Shown here one piece after another: positions 39,955-48,574 of a stretch of 48,574 nt of DNA. How positions within the stretch are numbered: the first letter of the stretch is position 1; every line of letters starts with the position of its first letter. The position numbers and the translations under genes are program-made. The DNA is taken from the IMG/VR virus record IMGVR_UViG_2734482555_000011, one strand, 5' to 3'. This DNA is from a virus. Its lineage: Duplodnaviria; Heunggongvirae; Uroviricota; Caudoviricetes. Below the pieces are notes generated by a model. The model saw only the letters and a program-made list of their open reading frames with translations. It was not told where the DNA came from and did no database searches.

Positions 39955-40499
39955 AAACGGGGGCCGAAGCCATCCGGGCACTGGCCACACAGCTCCCGGC
40001 ATTTCGTCAGAAACTGAGCGACGGCTGGTATCAGGTGCGCATTGCCGGGCGTGATGCAGGCGAAAATGAATTATCTGCCCGTCTTAATGAACCGCTGGCA
40101 AATGGTGCCGTGATCCACATCGTTCCGCGTCTGGCGGGTGCCAAAAGTGGCGGTGTGTTTCAGGCGGTGCTGGGTGCGGCGCTGATTGCGGTGGCATGGT
40201 GGAACCCTGTGGGCTGGCTGGGGGCCGCGGCTGTATCGGGTATGTATGCAGCAGGGGCCAGTATGATCCTGGGTGGTGTGGCGCAGATGCTGGCACCGAA
40301 AGCCAGGACGCCCACGGCAGCCAGTACAGATAACGGCAAACAGAACACGTATTTCTCGTCACTGGATAACATGGTTGCCCAGGGTAATGTTCTGCCTGTT
40401 CTGTACGGGGAAATGCGCGTGGGGTCACGTGTGGTTTCTCAGGAGATCAGCACGGCAGACGAAGGGGATGGTGGTCAGGTTGTGGTGATTGGTCGCTGA
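39852..40499 (+). CDS. I: Tail assembly protein I (lambda gpI-like)
   Basis: MAATHTLPLASPGMARICLYGDLQRFGRRIDLRVKTGAEAIRALATQLPAF... and C-terminus ...GEMRVGSRVVSQEISTADEGDGGQVVVIGR match lambda gpI as recalled. True start uncertain because the ORF overlaps K. Confidence 0.75.
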   Translation: MAATHTLPLASPGMARICLYGDLQRFGRRIDLRVKTGAEAIRALATQLPAFRQKLSDGWYQVRIAGRDAGENELSARLNEPLANGAVIHIVPRLAGAKSGGVFQAVLGAALIAVAWWNPVGWLGAAAVSGMYAAGASMILGGVAQMLAPKARTPTAASTDNGKQNTYFSSLDNMVAQGNVLPVLYGEMRVGSRVVSQEISTADEGDGGQVVVIGR

Positions 40500-40517
40500 T
40501 GCAAAATGTTTTATGAG

Positions 40518-40545
40518 AAACCGCCTGCGGGCGGTTTTGTCGTTT
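40518..40545 (+). terminator. Hairpin with T-rich tail between I and J
   Basis: AAACCGCC / TGCG / GGCGGTTT followed by TGTCGTTTAT; function (terminator or attenuator) unknown. Confidence 0.35.
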
Positions 40546-40559
40546 ATGGAGCGTGAGGA

Positions 40560-43500
40560 ATGGGTAAAGGCAGCAGTAAGGGGCATACCCCGCGCGAAGC
40601 GAAGGACAACCTGAAGTCCACGCAGCTGCTGAGTGTGATCGATGCCATCAGCGAAGGGCCGGTTGAAGGTCCGGTGGATGGATTAAAAAGCGTGCTGCTG
40701 AACAGTACGCCGGTGCTGGACAATGAGGGGAATACCAACATCTCCGGCGTCACGGTGGTGTTCCGGGCAGGTGAGCAGGAGCAGTCACCGCCGGAGGGAT
40801 TTGAATCCTCCGGCTCCGAGACGGTGCTGGGTACGGAAGTGAAATATGACACGCCGATCACCCGGACCATCACGTCGGCAAACATTGACCGACTGCGTTT
40901 TACCTTCGGTGTACAGGCACTGGTGGAAACCACCTCAAAGGGAGACAGGAATCCGTCTGAAGTTCGCCTGCTGGTTCAGATACAGCGTAACGGTGGCTGG
41001 GTGACGGAAAAAGACATCACCATTAAGGGCAAAACCACCTCGCAGTATCTGGTCTCGGTGGTGGTGGATAACCTGCCTCCGCGCCCGTTCAGTATCCGGA
41101 TGCGCAGGATGACACCGGACAGCACCACAGACCAGCTGCAGAACAAAACGCTCTGGTCGTCATACACCGAAATCATCGATGTGAAACAGTGCTACCCGAA
41201 CACTGCACTGGTCGGCGTACAGGTGGACTCGGAGCAGTTCGGCAGCCAGCAGGTGAGTCGTAATTATCATCTTCGCGGGCGCATTCTGCAGGTGCCGTCG
41301 AACTATAACCCGCAGACGCGACAATACAGCGGTATCTGGGACGGAACGTTAAAACCAGCATACAGCAACAACATGGCCTGGTGTCTGTGGGATATGCTGA
41401 CCCACCCGCGCTACGGCATGGGGAAACGTCTTGGTGCGGCGGATGTGGACAAATGGGCGCTGTATGTCATCGGCCAGTACTGCGACCAGNNNNNNNNNNN
41501 NNNNNNNNNNNNNNNNNNNNNNNNNNNNNNNNNNNNNNNNNNNNNNNNNNNNNNNNNNNNNNNNNNNNNNNNNNNNNNNNNNNNNNNNNNNNNNNNNNNN
41601 NNNNNNNNNNNNNNNNNNNNNNNNNNNNNNNNNNNNNNNNNNNNNNNNNNNNNNNNNNNNNNNNNNNNNNNNNNNNNNNNNNNNNNNNNNNNNNNNNNNN
41701 NNNNNNNNNNNNNNNNNNNNNNNNNNNNNNNNNNNNNNNNNNNNNNNNNNNNNNNNNNNNNNNNNNNNNNNNNNNNNNNNNNNNNNNNNNNNNNNNNNNN
41801 NNNNNNNNNNNNNNNNNNNTTGACCCGGATAACGGCTGGGAGACGGCGACAGAGCTTGTGGAGGATACGCAGGCCATTGCCCGTTACGGTCGTAACGTCA
41901 CGAAGATGGATGCTTTTGGCTGTACCAGCCGGGGGCAGGCACACCGCGCCGGGCTGTGGCTGATTAAAACAGAACTGCTGGAAACGCAGACCGTGGACTT
42001 CAGCGTGGGCGCAGAAGGGCTTCGCCATGTGCCGGGCGATGTCATTGAAATCTGTGATGATGACTATGCGGGTATCAGCATCGGCGGGCGCGTGCTGGCG
42101 GTAAACAGCCAGACCCGGACGCTGACGCTCGACCGTGAAATCACGCTGCCATCCTCCGGTACCATGCTGATAAGCCTGGTTGACGGAAGTGGCAATCCGG
42201 TCAGCGTGGAGGTTCAGTCCGTCACCGACGGCGTGAAGGTGAAAGTGAGCCGTGTTCCTGACGGCGTTGCTGAATACAGCGTGTGGGGGCTGAAGCTGCC
42301 GACGTTGCGCCAGCGCCTGTTCCGCTGTGTGNNNNNNNNNNNNNNNNNNNNNNNNNNNNNNNNNNNNNNNNNNNNNNNNNNNNNNNNNNNNNNNNNNNNN
42401 NNNNNNNNNNNNNNNNNNNNNNNNNNNNNNNNNNNNNNNNNNNNNNNNNNNNNNNNNNNNNNNNNNNNNNNNNNNNNNNNNNNNNNNNNNNNNNNNNNNN
42501 NNNNNNNNNNNNNNNNNNNNNNNNNNNNNNNNNNNNNNNNNNNNNNNNNNNNNNNNNNNNNNNNNNNNNNNNNNNNNNNNNNNNNNNNNNNNNNNNNNNN
42601 NNNNNNNNNNNNNNNNNNNNNNNNNNNNNNNNNNNNNNNNNNGCTGACAGTCCGGGCGGTAAATGCCTGGGGACAGCAGGGCGATCCGGCGTCGGTATCG
42701 TTCAGGATTGCCGCACCGGTAGCACCGTCGCGGATTGAGCTGACGCCGGGCTATTTTCAGATAACTGCCACGCCGCATCTTGCGGTTTATGATCCGACGG
42801 TACAGTTTGAGTTCTGGTTCTCGGAAACGCGGATTACCGATATCAGGCAGGTTGAAACCACAGCCCGCTACCTTGGCGCGGGGCTGTACTGGATAGCCGC
42901 CAGTATCAATATCAAACCGGGCCATGATTATTACTTTTATATCCGCAGTGTGAACACCGTTGGCAAATCGGCATTCGTGGAGGCCGTCGGTCGGGCGAGC
43001 GATGATGCGGAAGGTTACCTGGATTTTTTCAAAGGCAAGATAACCGAATCCCATCTCGGTAAAGAGCTGCTGGAAAAAGTTGATCTGACGGAGGATAACG
43101 CCAGCAGACTGGATGAGTTTTCGAAAGAGTGGAAGGACGCTAACGATAAATGGAATGCGATGTGGGGCGTCAAAATTGAGCAGACCAAAGACGGCAAACA
43201 TTATGTCGCGGGTATTGGCCTCAGCATGGAGGACACGGAGGAAGGCAAGCTGAGCCAGTTTCTGGTTGCCGCCAATCGTATCGCGTTTATTGACCCGGCA
43301 AACGGGAATGAAACGCCGATGTTTGTGGCGCAGGGCAACCAGATATTCATGAATGACGTGTTCCTGAAGCGCCTGACAGCCCCCGCCATTACCAGCGGTG
43401 GCAGTCCTCCGGTATTTTCCCTGACATCAGACGGAAAGCTGACCGCTAAAAATGCGGATATCAGTGGTAGTGTGAATGCGAACTCAGGAACGCTCAACAA

Positions 43501-43990
43501 TGTCACGATTAACCAGAACTGTACGATTAAGGGCATGCTGGAGGCGACCCAGGTCAGAGGGGATTTCGTTAAAGCTGTATCAAAAGCCTTCCCGAAAAAA
43601 GTCGGTACGTGGGGTAACACGGAAACACCAGACGGTACGGTTACAGTCACCATCAGCGATGATCATAACTTTGACCGCCAGATTATTATTCCGCCCATTA
43701 TTTTTAACGGTATAGCGTATGACGATCCGGGGAGCGGAAATAACCCGGGAGGCACGCGATACACGGGTTATGGTTTTGAAGTTCGCAAAAACGGCGTATT
43801 AATCGCATCCAGAGAAACTAAAGGGGCCATTCCCGGTAGTTACAGTGCAGTTATTGATATGCCTAGTGGTGGTGGTAGCGTCACTCTGGAGTTTAAGATT
43901 TTCCAGAAAGGCAATCAGGGGGCAGGCAATATCACCGACTGTACGGTGATTGTGACCAAAAAAGCGGCTTCCGGCATCAGTATTCGTTGA
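40560..43990 (+). CDS. J: Central tail fibre / host specificity protein J (lambda gpJ-like), with two internal N runs
   Basis: N-terminus [34 protein letters not shown]... matches lambda J as recalled; frame stays open across N blocks 41490-41819 and 42332-42642 and ends at TGA 43988-43990. Residues inside the N blocks are unknown. Confidence 0.85.
41490..41819. other. Run of N (330 nt), masked or unsequenced
   Basis: Literal n characters inside J. Confidence 1.
42332..42642. other. Run of N (311 nt), masked or unsequenced
   Basis: Literal n characters inside J. Confidence 1.
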
Positions 43991-44012
43991 AATATTTATA
44001 ACCCCAATAAAT

Positions 44013-44036
44013 GGCGTCAGGAATGACGCCTTTTTT
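44013..44036 (+). terminator. Intrinsic terminator after J
   Basis: GGCGTCA / GGAA / TGACGCC followed by TTTTTT. Confidence 0.6.
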
Positions 44037-44060
44037 ATTGCAGAAAAGCGAGAGGTAATT

Positions 44061-44867
44061 ATGCGTAAAGTTTGTGCCGCCATTTTGTCCGCAGCCATTT
44101 GTCTGGCCGTATCCGGTGCGCCTGCATGGGCGTCTGAACATCAGTCCACGCTGAGCGCGGGGTATCTTCATGCCCGGACCAACGTTCCCGGCAGTGATGA
44201 TCTGAACGGGATTAACGTGAAATACCGTTATGAGTTTACGGATACGCTGGGGCTGGTGACGTCATTCAGCTATGCAGGAGACAAGAATCGCCAGCTGACC
44301 CGTTACAGCGATACCCGCTGGCATGAAGATTCCGTGCGTAACCGCTGGTTCAGCGTGATGGCGGGGCCGTCTGTGCGCGTGAATGAATGGTTCAGCGCGT
44401 ATGCGATGGCGGGTGTGGCTTACAGCCGTGTGTCGACTTTCTCCGGGGATTATCTCCGCGTAACTGACAACAAGGGGAAAACGCACGACGTGCTGACCGG
44501 AAGTGATGACGGTCGCCACAGCAACACGTCTCTGGCGTGGGGAGCTGGCGTGCAGTTTAACCCGACCGAATCCGTGGCCATTGATATTGCTTATGAAGGC
44601 NNNNNNNNNNNNNNNNNNNNNNNNNNNNNNNNNNNNNNNNNNNNNNNNNNNNNNNNNNNNNNNNNNNNNNNNNNNNNNNNNNNNNNNNNNNNNNNNNNNN
44701 NNNNNNNNNNNNNNNNNNNNNNNNNNNNNNNNNNNNNNNNNNNNNNNNNNNNNNNNNNNNNNNNNNNNNNNNNNNNNNNNNNNNNNNNNNNNNNNNNNNN
44801 NNNNNNNNNNNNNNNNNNNNNNNNNNNNNNNNNNNNNNNNNNNNNNNNNNTCGGTTATAAATTCTGA
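44061..44867 (+). CDS. lom: Lom-like outer membrane protein (Ail/Lom family), with internal N run
   Basis: Signal peptide MRKVCAAILSAAICLAVSGAPAWA, then beta-barrel-like sequence resembling lambda Lom as recalled; C-terminus ...GYKF after the N block. Confidence 0.75.
   Translation: MRKVCAAILSAAICLAVSGAPAWASEHQSTLSAGYLHARTNVPGSDDLNGINVKYRYEFTDTLGLVTSFSYAGDKNRQLTRYSDTRWHEDSVRNRWFSVMAGPSVRVNEWFSAYAMAGVAYSRVSTFSGDYLRVTDNKGKTHDVLTGSDDGRHSNTSLAWGAGVQFNPTESVAIDIAYEGXXXXXXXXXXXXXXXXXXXXXXXXXXXXXXXXXXXXXXXXXXXXXXXXXXXXXXXXXXXXXXXXXXXXXXXXXXXXXXXXXXXXGYKF
44601..44850. other. Run of N (250 nt), masked or unsequenced
   Basis: Literal n characters inside lom. Confidence 1.
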
Positions 44868-44893
44868 TTAGCCAGGTAACACAGTGTTATGAC

Positions 44894-44921
44894 AGCCCGC
44901 CGGTTCAGGCGGGCTTTTTTG
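44894..44921 (+). terminator. Intrinsic terminator after lom
   Basis: AGCCCGCC / GGTTCAG / GCGGGCT followed by TTTTTT; the stf start with its RBS follows. Confidence 0.6.
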
Positions 44922-44925
44922 TGGG

Positions 44926-47856
44926 GTGAATATGGCAGTAAAGATTTCAGGTGTACTGAAAGACGGCACAGGAAAACCGGTACAGAACTGCACAATCCAG
45001 CTGAAAGCAAAACGTAACAGCACCACGGTGGTGGTGAACACGCTGGCCTCAGAAAATCCGGATGAAGCCGGGCGTTACAGCATGGACGTTGAGTACGGTC
45101 AGTACAGCGTTATTCTGTTGGTGGAAGGATTCCCGCCGTCACATGCCGGGACCATCACCGTGTATGAAGATTCCCGACCCGGTACGCTGAATGATTTTCT
45201 CGGTGCCATGACGGAGGATGATGCCCGTCCGGAGGCACTGCGCCGTTTTGAGCTGATGGTGGAAGAGGTGGCGCGTAACGCGTCCGCGGTGGCACAGAAC
45301 ACGGCAGCCGCGAAGAAATCAGCCAGCGATGCCAGCACATCAGCCCGTGAGGCGGCAACCCATGCGACTGATGCTGCAGATTCAGCACGTGCAGCCAGCA
45401 CGTCAGCCGGACAGGCCGCTTCGTCGGCTCAGTCAGCGTCTTCCAGCGCAGGAACGGCATCAACAAAGGCCACTGAAGCCTCAAAAAGTGCTGCCGCTGC
45501 AGAGTCCTCAAAAAGCGCGGCGGCTACCAGTGCCGGTGCGGCGAAAACGTTAGAAACGAATGCGGCAGCGTCACAACAATCAGCAGCCACTTCTGCATCC
45601 ACCGCGACCACGAAAGCGTCAGAAGCTGCCACCTCAGCCCGGGATGCGTCGGCTTCAAAAGAGGCGGCAAAATCATCAGAAACGAACGCATCATCAAGCG
45701 CCAGTAGCGCAGCTTCCTCGGCGACGGCGGCTGCAAATTCTGCGAAGGCGGCCAAAACGTCCGAGACGAACGCCAGGTCTTCTGAAACGGCAGCGGGACA
45801 GAGTGCCTCAGCTGCGGCAGGCTCAAAAACAGCGGCTGCGTCGTCTGCCAGCGCCGCGTCAACAAGTGCCGGGCAGGCCTCAGCCAGTGCCACCGCCGCC
45901 GGAAAATCGGCAGAAAGCGCCGCATCATCCGCTTCAACAGCCACAACGAAGGCTGGCGAAGCCACTGAGCAGGCCACGGCAGCAGCGAGGTCAGCTTCCG
46001 CAGCGAAGACATCCGAAACGAACGCGAAAGCGTCGGAAACCCGTGCAGAATCCTCAAAAACGGCTGCCGCATCGTCCGCCAGTTCGGCGGCGTCATCGGC
46101 ATCATCGGCGTCTGCTTCAAAAGATGAGGCGACCAGACAGGCGTCAGCAGCGAAGGGCAGCGCCACGACGGCATCCACGAAGGCGACAGAGGCTGCTGGT
46201 AGTGCGACGGCAGCAGCTCAGAGCAAAAGTACGGCGGAATCTGCAGCAACGCGCGCTGAGACAGCGGCAAAACGGGCAGAGGATATTGCATCCGCCGTGG
46301 CGCTTGAGGATGCGAGCACGACGAAAAAGGGGATAGTACAGCTCAGTAGTGCGACTAACAGCACTTCCGAGTCACTGGCGGCAACACCAAAAGCCGTTAA
46401 GGCCGCGTATGACCTGGCTAACGGGAAATACACCGCACAGGATGCAACGACAGCACAGAAAGGGATAATCCAGCTAAGCAGCGCGACCAACAGCACGTCT
46501 GAAACGCTGGCGGCAACGCCAAAGGCAGTAAAAGCAGCCAATGACAATGCTGAGAAACGTCTGCAGAAAGATCAGAACGGTGCGGATATCCCTGGCAAAG
46601 ACACCTTTACGAAAAATATTGGTGCCTGCCGTGCCTTCGGTGGGTCAGTAAGCACAACAACAGGAAACTGGACGACTGCACAGTTTATCGAGTGGCTGGA
46701 TTCTCAGGGAGCATTTAACCATCCATACTGGATGTGCAAGGGTTCCTGGTCTTATGGCAATAATAAAATCATTACTGATACTGGCTGCGGTAATATTCAT
46801 CTCGCCGGAGCTGTCATTGAAGTAATGGGGATAAAGTCAGCGATGACGATCCGCATTACCACTCCGACCACATCCAGCGGTGGCGGAACAACCAACGCCC
46901 AGTTTACCTATATTAATCACGGAACAGATTATTCACCTGGCTGGCGAAGGGACTATAACTCCAGAAATAAGCCAACGGCATCAGAGATCGGGGCGCTACC
47001 GTCAGGTGGAACAGCAGTATCATCAGTTAATCTGGCTTCAAAAGGTCGGGTAGCCGCGCTGACAGACAATACGCAGGGGGCAGCAGGTCTTGAGTTATAC
47101 GAGGTGTATAACAACGGATATCCAACAGCGTATGGAAATATCATTCACCTGAAAGGGATGACAGCCGTTGGCGAAGGTGAGTTACTCATCGGCTGGAGTG
47201 GTACAAGCGGTGCTCATGCTCCGGCATTTATTCGTTCACGACGGGATACGACCGACGCAAACTGGTCGCCGTGGGCGCAGCTTTACACCTCGGCTCATCC
47301 TCCTGCAGAGTTTTATCCAGTCGGTGCACCAATCCCGTGGCCATCAGATACCGTTCCGTCTGGTTATGCCCTGATGCAGGGGCAGACTTTTGACAAATCT
47401 GCTTACCCGAAACTTGCAGCCGCTTATCCGTCAGGCGTGATCCCTGATATGCGTGGCTGGACGATTAAGGGCAAGCCCGCCAGTGGTCGTGCCGTATTGT
47501 CTCAGGAACAGGATGGCATTAAATCGCACACCCACAGCGCCAGCGCATCCAGTACGGATTTGGGGACGAAAACCACATCGTCGTTTGATTACGGCACTAA
47601 ATCCACGAATAACACCGGGGCGCATACGCACAGTCTGAGCGGCTCTACAAGTTCAGCTGGGGCCCACCAACATAGTCAGACTGGGCCCAGAACGAATAGC
47701 GGGAGTCAACCTACTGGAATGTTTCCGGCAGGGAGTACTCAAGTTAGCGGGACTAATCAGGTTGGTATCAGTGGCTCATTAACCAGTGGCACCTCCCAAT
47801 GGGTAGGTAAATCATCTTCAGAAGGAAACCATACACACTCACTGTCCGGCACAGCA
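44926..47856 (+). CDS. stf: Side tail fibre protein Stf, 3' end lost in N run
   Basis: N-terminus [33 protein letters not shown]..., long Ala/Ser/Thr-rich repetitive shaft, tandem duplicated KGI(V/I)[11 protein letters not shown](S/T)[11 protein letters not shown] motif and His-rich HTHS motifs near the readable end; runs into N block at 47857. Confidence 0.8.
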
Positions 47857-48106
47857 NNNNNNNNNNNNNNNNNNNNNNNNNNNNNNNNNNNNNNNNNNNN
47901 NNNNNNNNNNNNNNNNNNNNNNNNNNNNNNNNNNNNNNNNNNNNNNNNNNNNNNNNNNNNNNNNNNNNNNNNNNNNNNNNNNNNNNNNNNNNNNNNNNNN
48001 NNNNNNNNNNNNNNNNNNNNNNNNNNNNNNNNNNNNNNNNNNNNNNNNNNNNNNNNNNNNNNNNNNNNNNNNNNNNNNNNNNNNNNNNNNNNNNNNNNNN
48101 NNNNNN
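47857..48106. other. Run of N (250 nt), masked or unsequenced
   Basis: Literal n characters across the stf/tfa junction. Confidence 1.
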
Positions 48107-48574
48107 CCTGCAAACAGTACCGATATTGCACCGCCAGATATTCCGGCTGGTTTCGTGGCTGTTTTCAACAGTGATGAGTCATCGTGGCATCTCGTTGAAG
48201 ATCATCGGGGTAAAACGGTTTATGACGTGGCTTCCGGCGACGCGTTATTTATTTCTGAACTCGGCTCATTACCGGAAAATGTCACCTGGTTATCCCCGGA
48301 AGGGGAGTTTCAGAAGTGGAACGGCACAGCCTGGGTGAAGGATACGGAAGCAGAAAAACTGTTCCGGATCCGGGAGGCGGAAGAAACAAAAAACAGCCTG
48401 ATGCAGGTAGCCAGTGAGCATATAGCGCCGCTTCAGGATGCTGTGGATCTGGAGATCGCAACGGAGAAAGAAACCTTGTTGCTGGAAGCTTGGAAAAAGT
48501 ATCGGGTGTTGCTGAACCGTGTTGATACATCAACTGCACCGGATATTGAATGGCCAGTAGCACCTATAGGGTAA
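48107..48574 (+). CDS. tfa: Tail fibre assembly protein Tfa, 5' end lost in N run
   Basis: Frame after the N block reads [53 protein letters not shown]...[12 protein letters not shown], matching TfaR/TfaQ-type proteins as recalled, whose N-terminus would lie in the N block. Stop at 48572-48574. Confidence 0.8.
   Translation, partial: PANSTDIAPPDIPAGFVAVFNSDESSWHLVEDHRGKTVYDVASGDALFISELGSLPENVTWLSPEGEFQKWNGTAWVKDTEAEKLFRIREAEETKNSLMQVASEHIAPLQDAVDLEIATEKETLLLEAWKKYRVLLNRVDTSTAPDIEWPVAPIG

Noticed and set aside
41411-43201. Minus-strand 596-aa ORF and other ORFs spanning the J-gene N runs (41431..41823, 41467..41877, 42283..42738, 42327..42647)
   Set aside because: Antisense to the J gene and bridged by N blocks; artefacts.
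44262-44871. ORFs 44262..44519 (minus) and 44503..44871 (plus) around the lom N run; also 47757..48168 (two minus-strand ORFs) and 48126..48338 at the stf/tfa junction
   Set aside because: Antisense or out of frame relative to lom, stf and tfa, and partly composed of N.
45099-46547. Long alternative-frame and antisense ORFs in the stf region (45099..45401, 45155..45511, 45429..46178, 45524..46291, 45560..46336, 46218..46547)
   Set aside because: Artefacts of the GC-rich, codon-repetitive Ala/Ser-rich shaft of the side tail fibre gene; their translations are low-complexity Arg/Pro/Ala strings with no start signals.
1-48574. CRISPR arrays, tRNA or rRNA genes, IS elements
   Set aside because: By eye I found no regularly spaced direct repeats with unique spacers, no cloverleaf-like tRNA candidates and no transposase-like ORFs with inverted repeats; the IS5 copy of K-12 Rac is absent from this element.

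Overview
The window is an almost complete Rac-type lambdoid prophage, most likely from Escherichia coli, running from the integrase stop codon (position 1) to the tail-fibre assembly gene stop (48574). All calls rest on reading the supplied ORF translations and the DNA by eye, plus recollection of E. coli K-12 Rac, phage lambda and phage 21 proteins; no searches or computations were run. Layout: (1) minus-strand early-left operon intR-xisR-ydaC-ralR-recT-recE-racC-ydaE-kilR; (2) immunity region sieB, ydaF, ydaG, a CI-like repressor and a divergent Cro-like gene with TGTACT operator-like repeats on both sides of the repressor; (3) replication module ydaT-ydaU-ydaV-ydaW-like; (4) a visibly AT-rich accessory island of about 4 kb (about 11760-15700) carrying a two-gene cassette (a protein with an R-x4-H HEPN-like motif, then a protein with a GNAT-like motif), a cysteine-rich small ORF, a YeaR-like gene on the opposite strand and about 800 bp without ORFs; (5) nin/Q module, two intrinsic terminators, then two lipoproteins with a TolA domain-III-like C-terminus at the Q-S moron site; (6) phage-21-type lysis cassette (pinholin, SAR endolysin, Rz/Rz1) followed by trkG; (7) ParB-like gene, terminase, portal, head genes; (8) tail module with a G/GT -1 frameshift site, tape measure and lambda-like M-L-K-I-J-lom-stf-tfa. 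The HEPN-like/GNAT-like cassette is the best candidate for an undescribed system, with the TolA-mimic lipoprotein pair second. Six runs of N interrupt the lysis and tail genes, so R, Rz, L, K, J, lom, stf and tfa are partly unreadable. I saw no rRNA, tRNA, CRISPR array or IS element.
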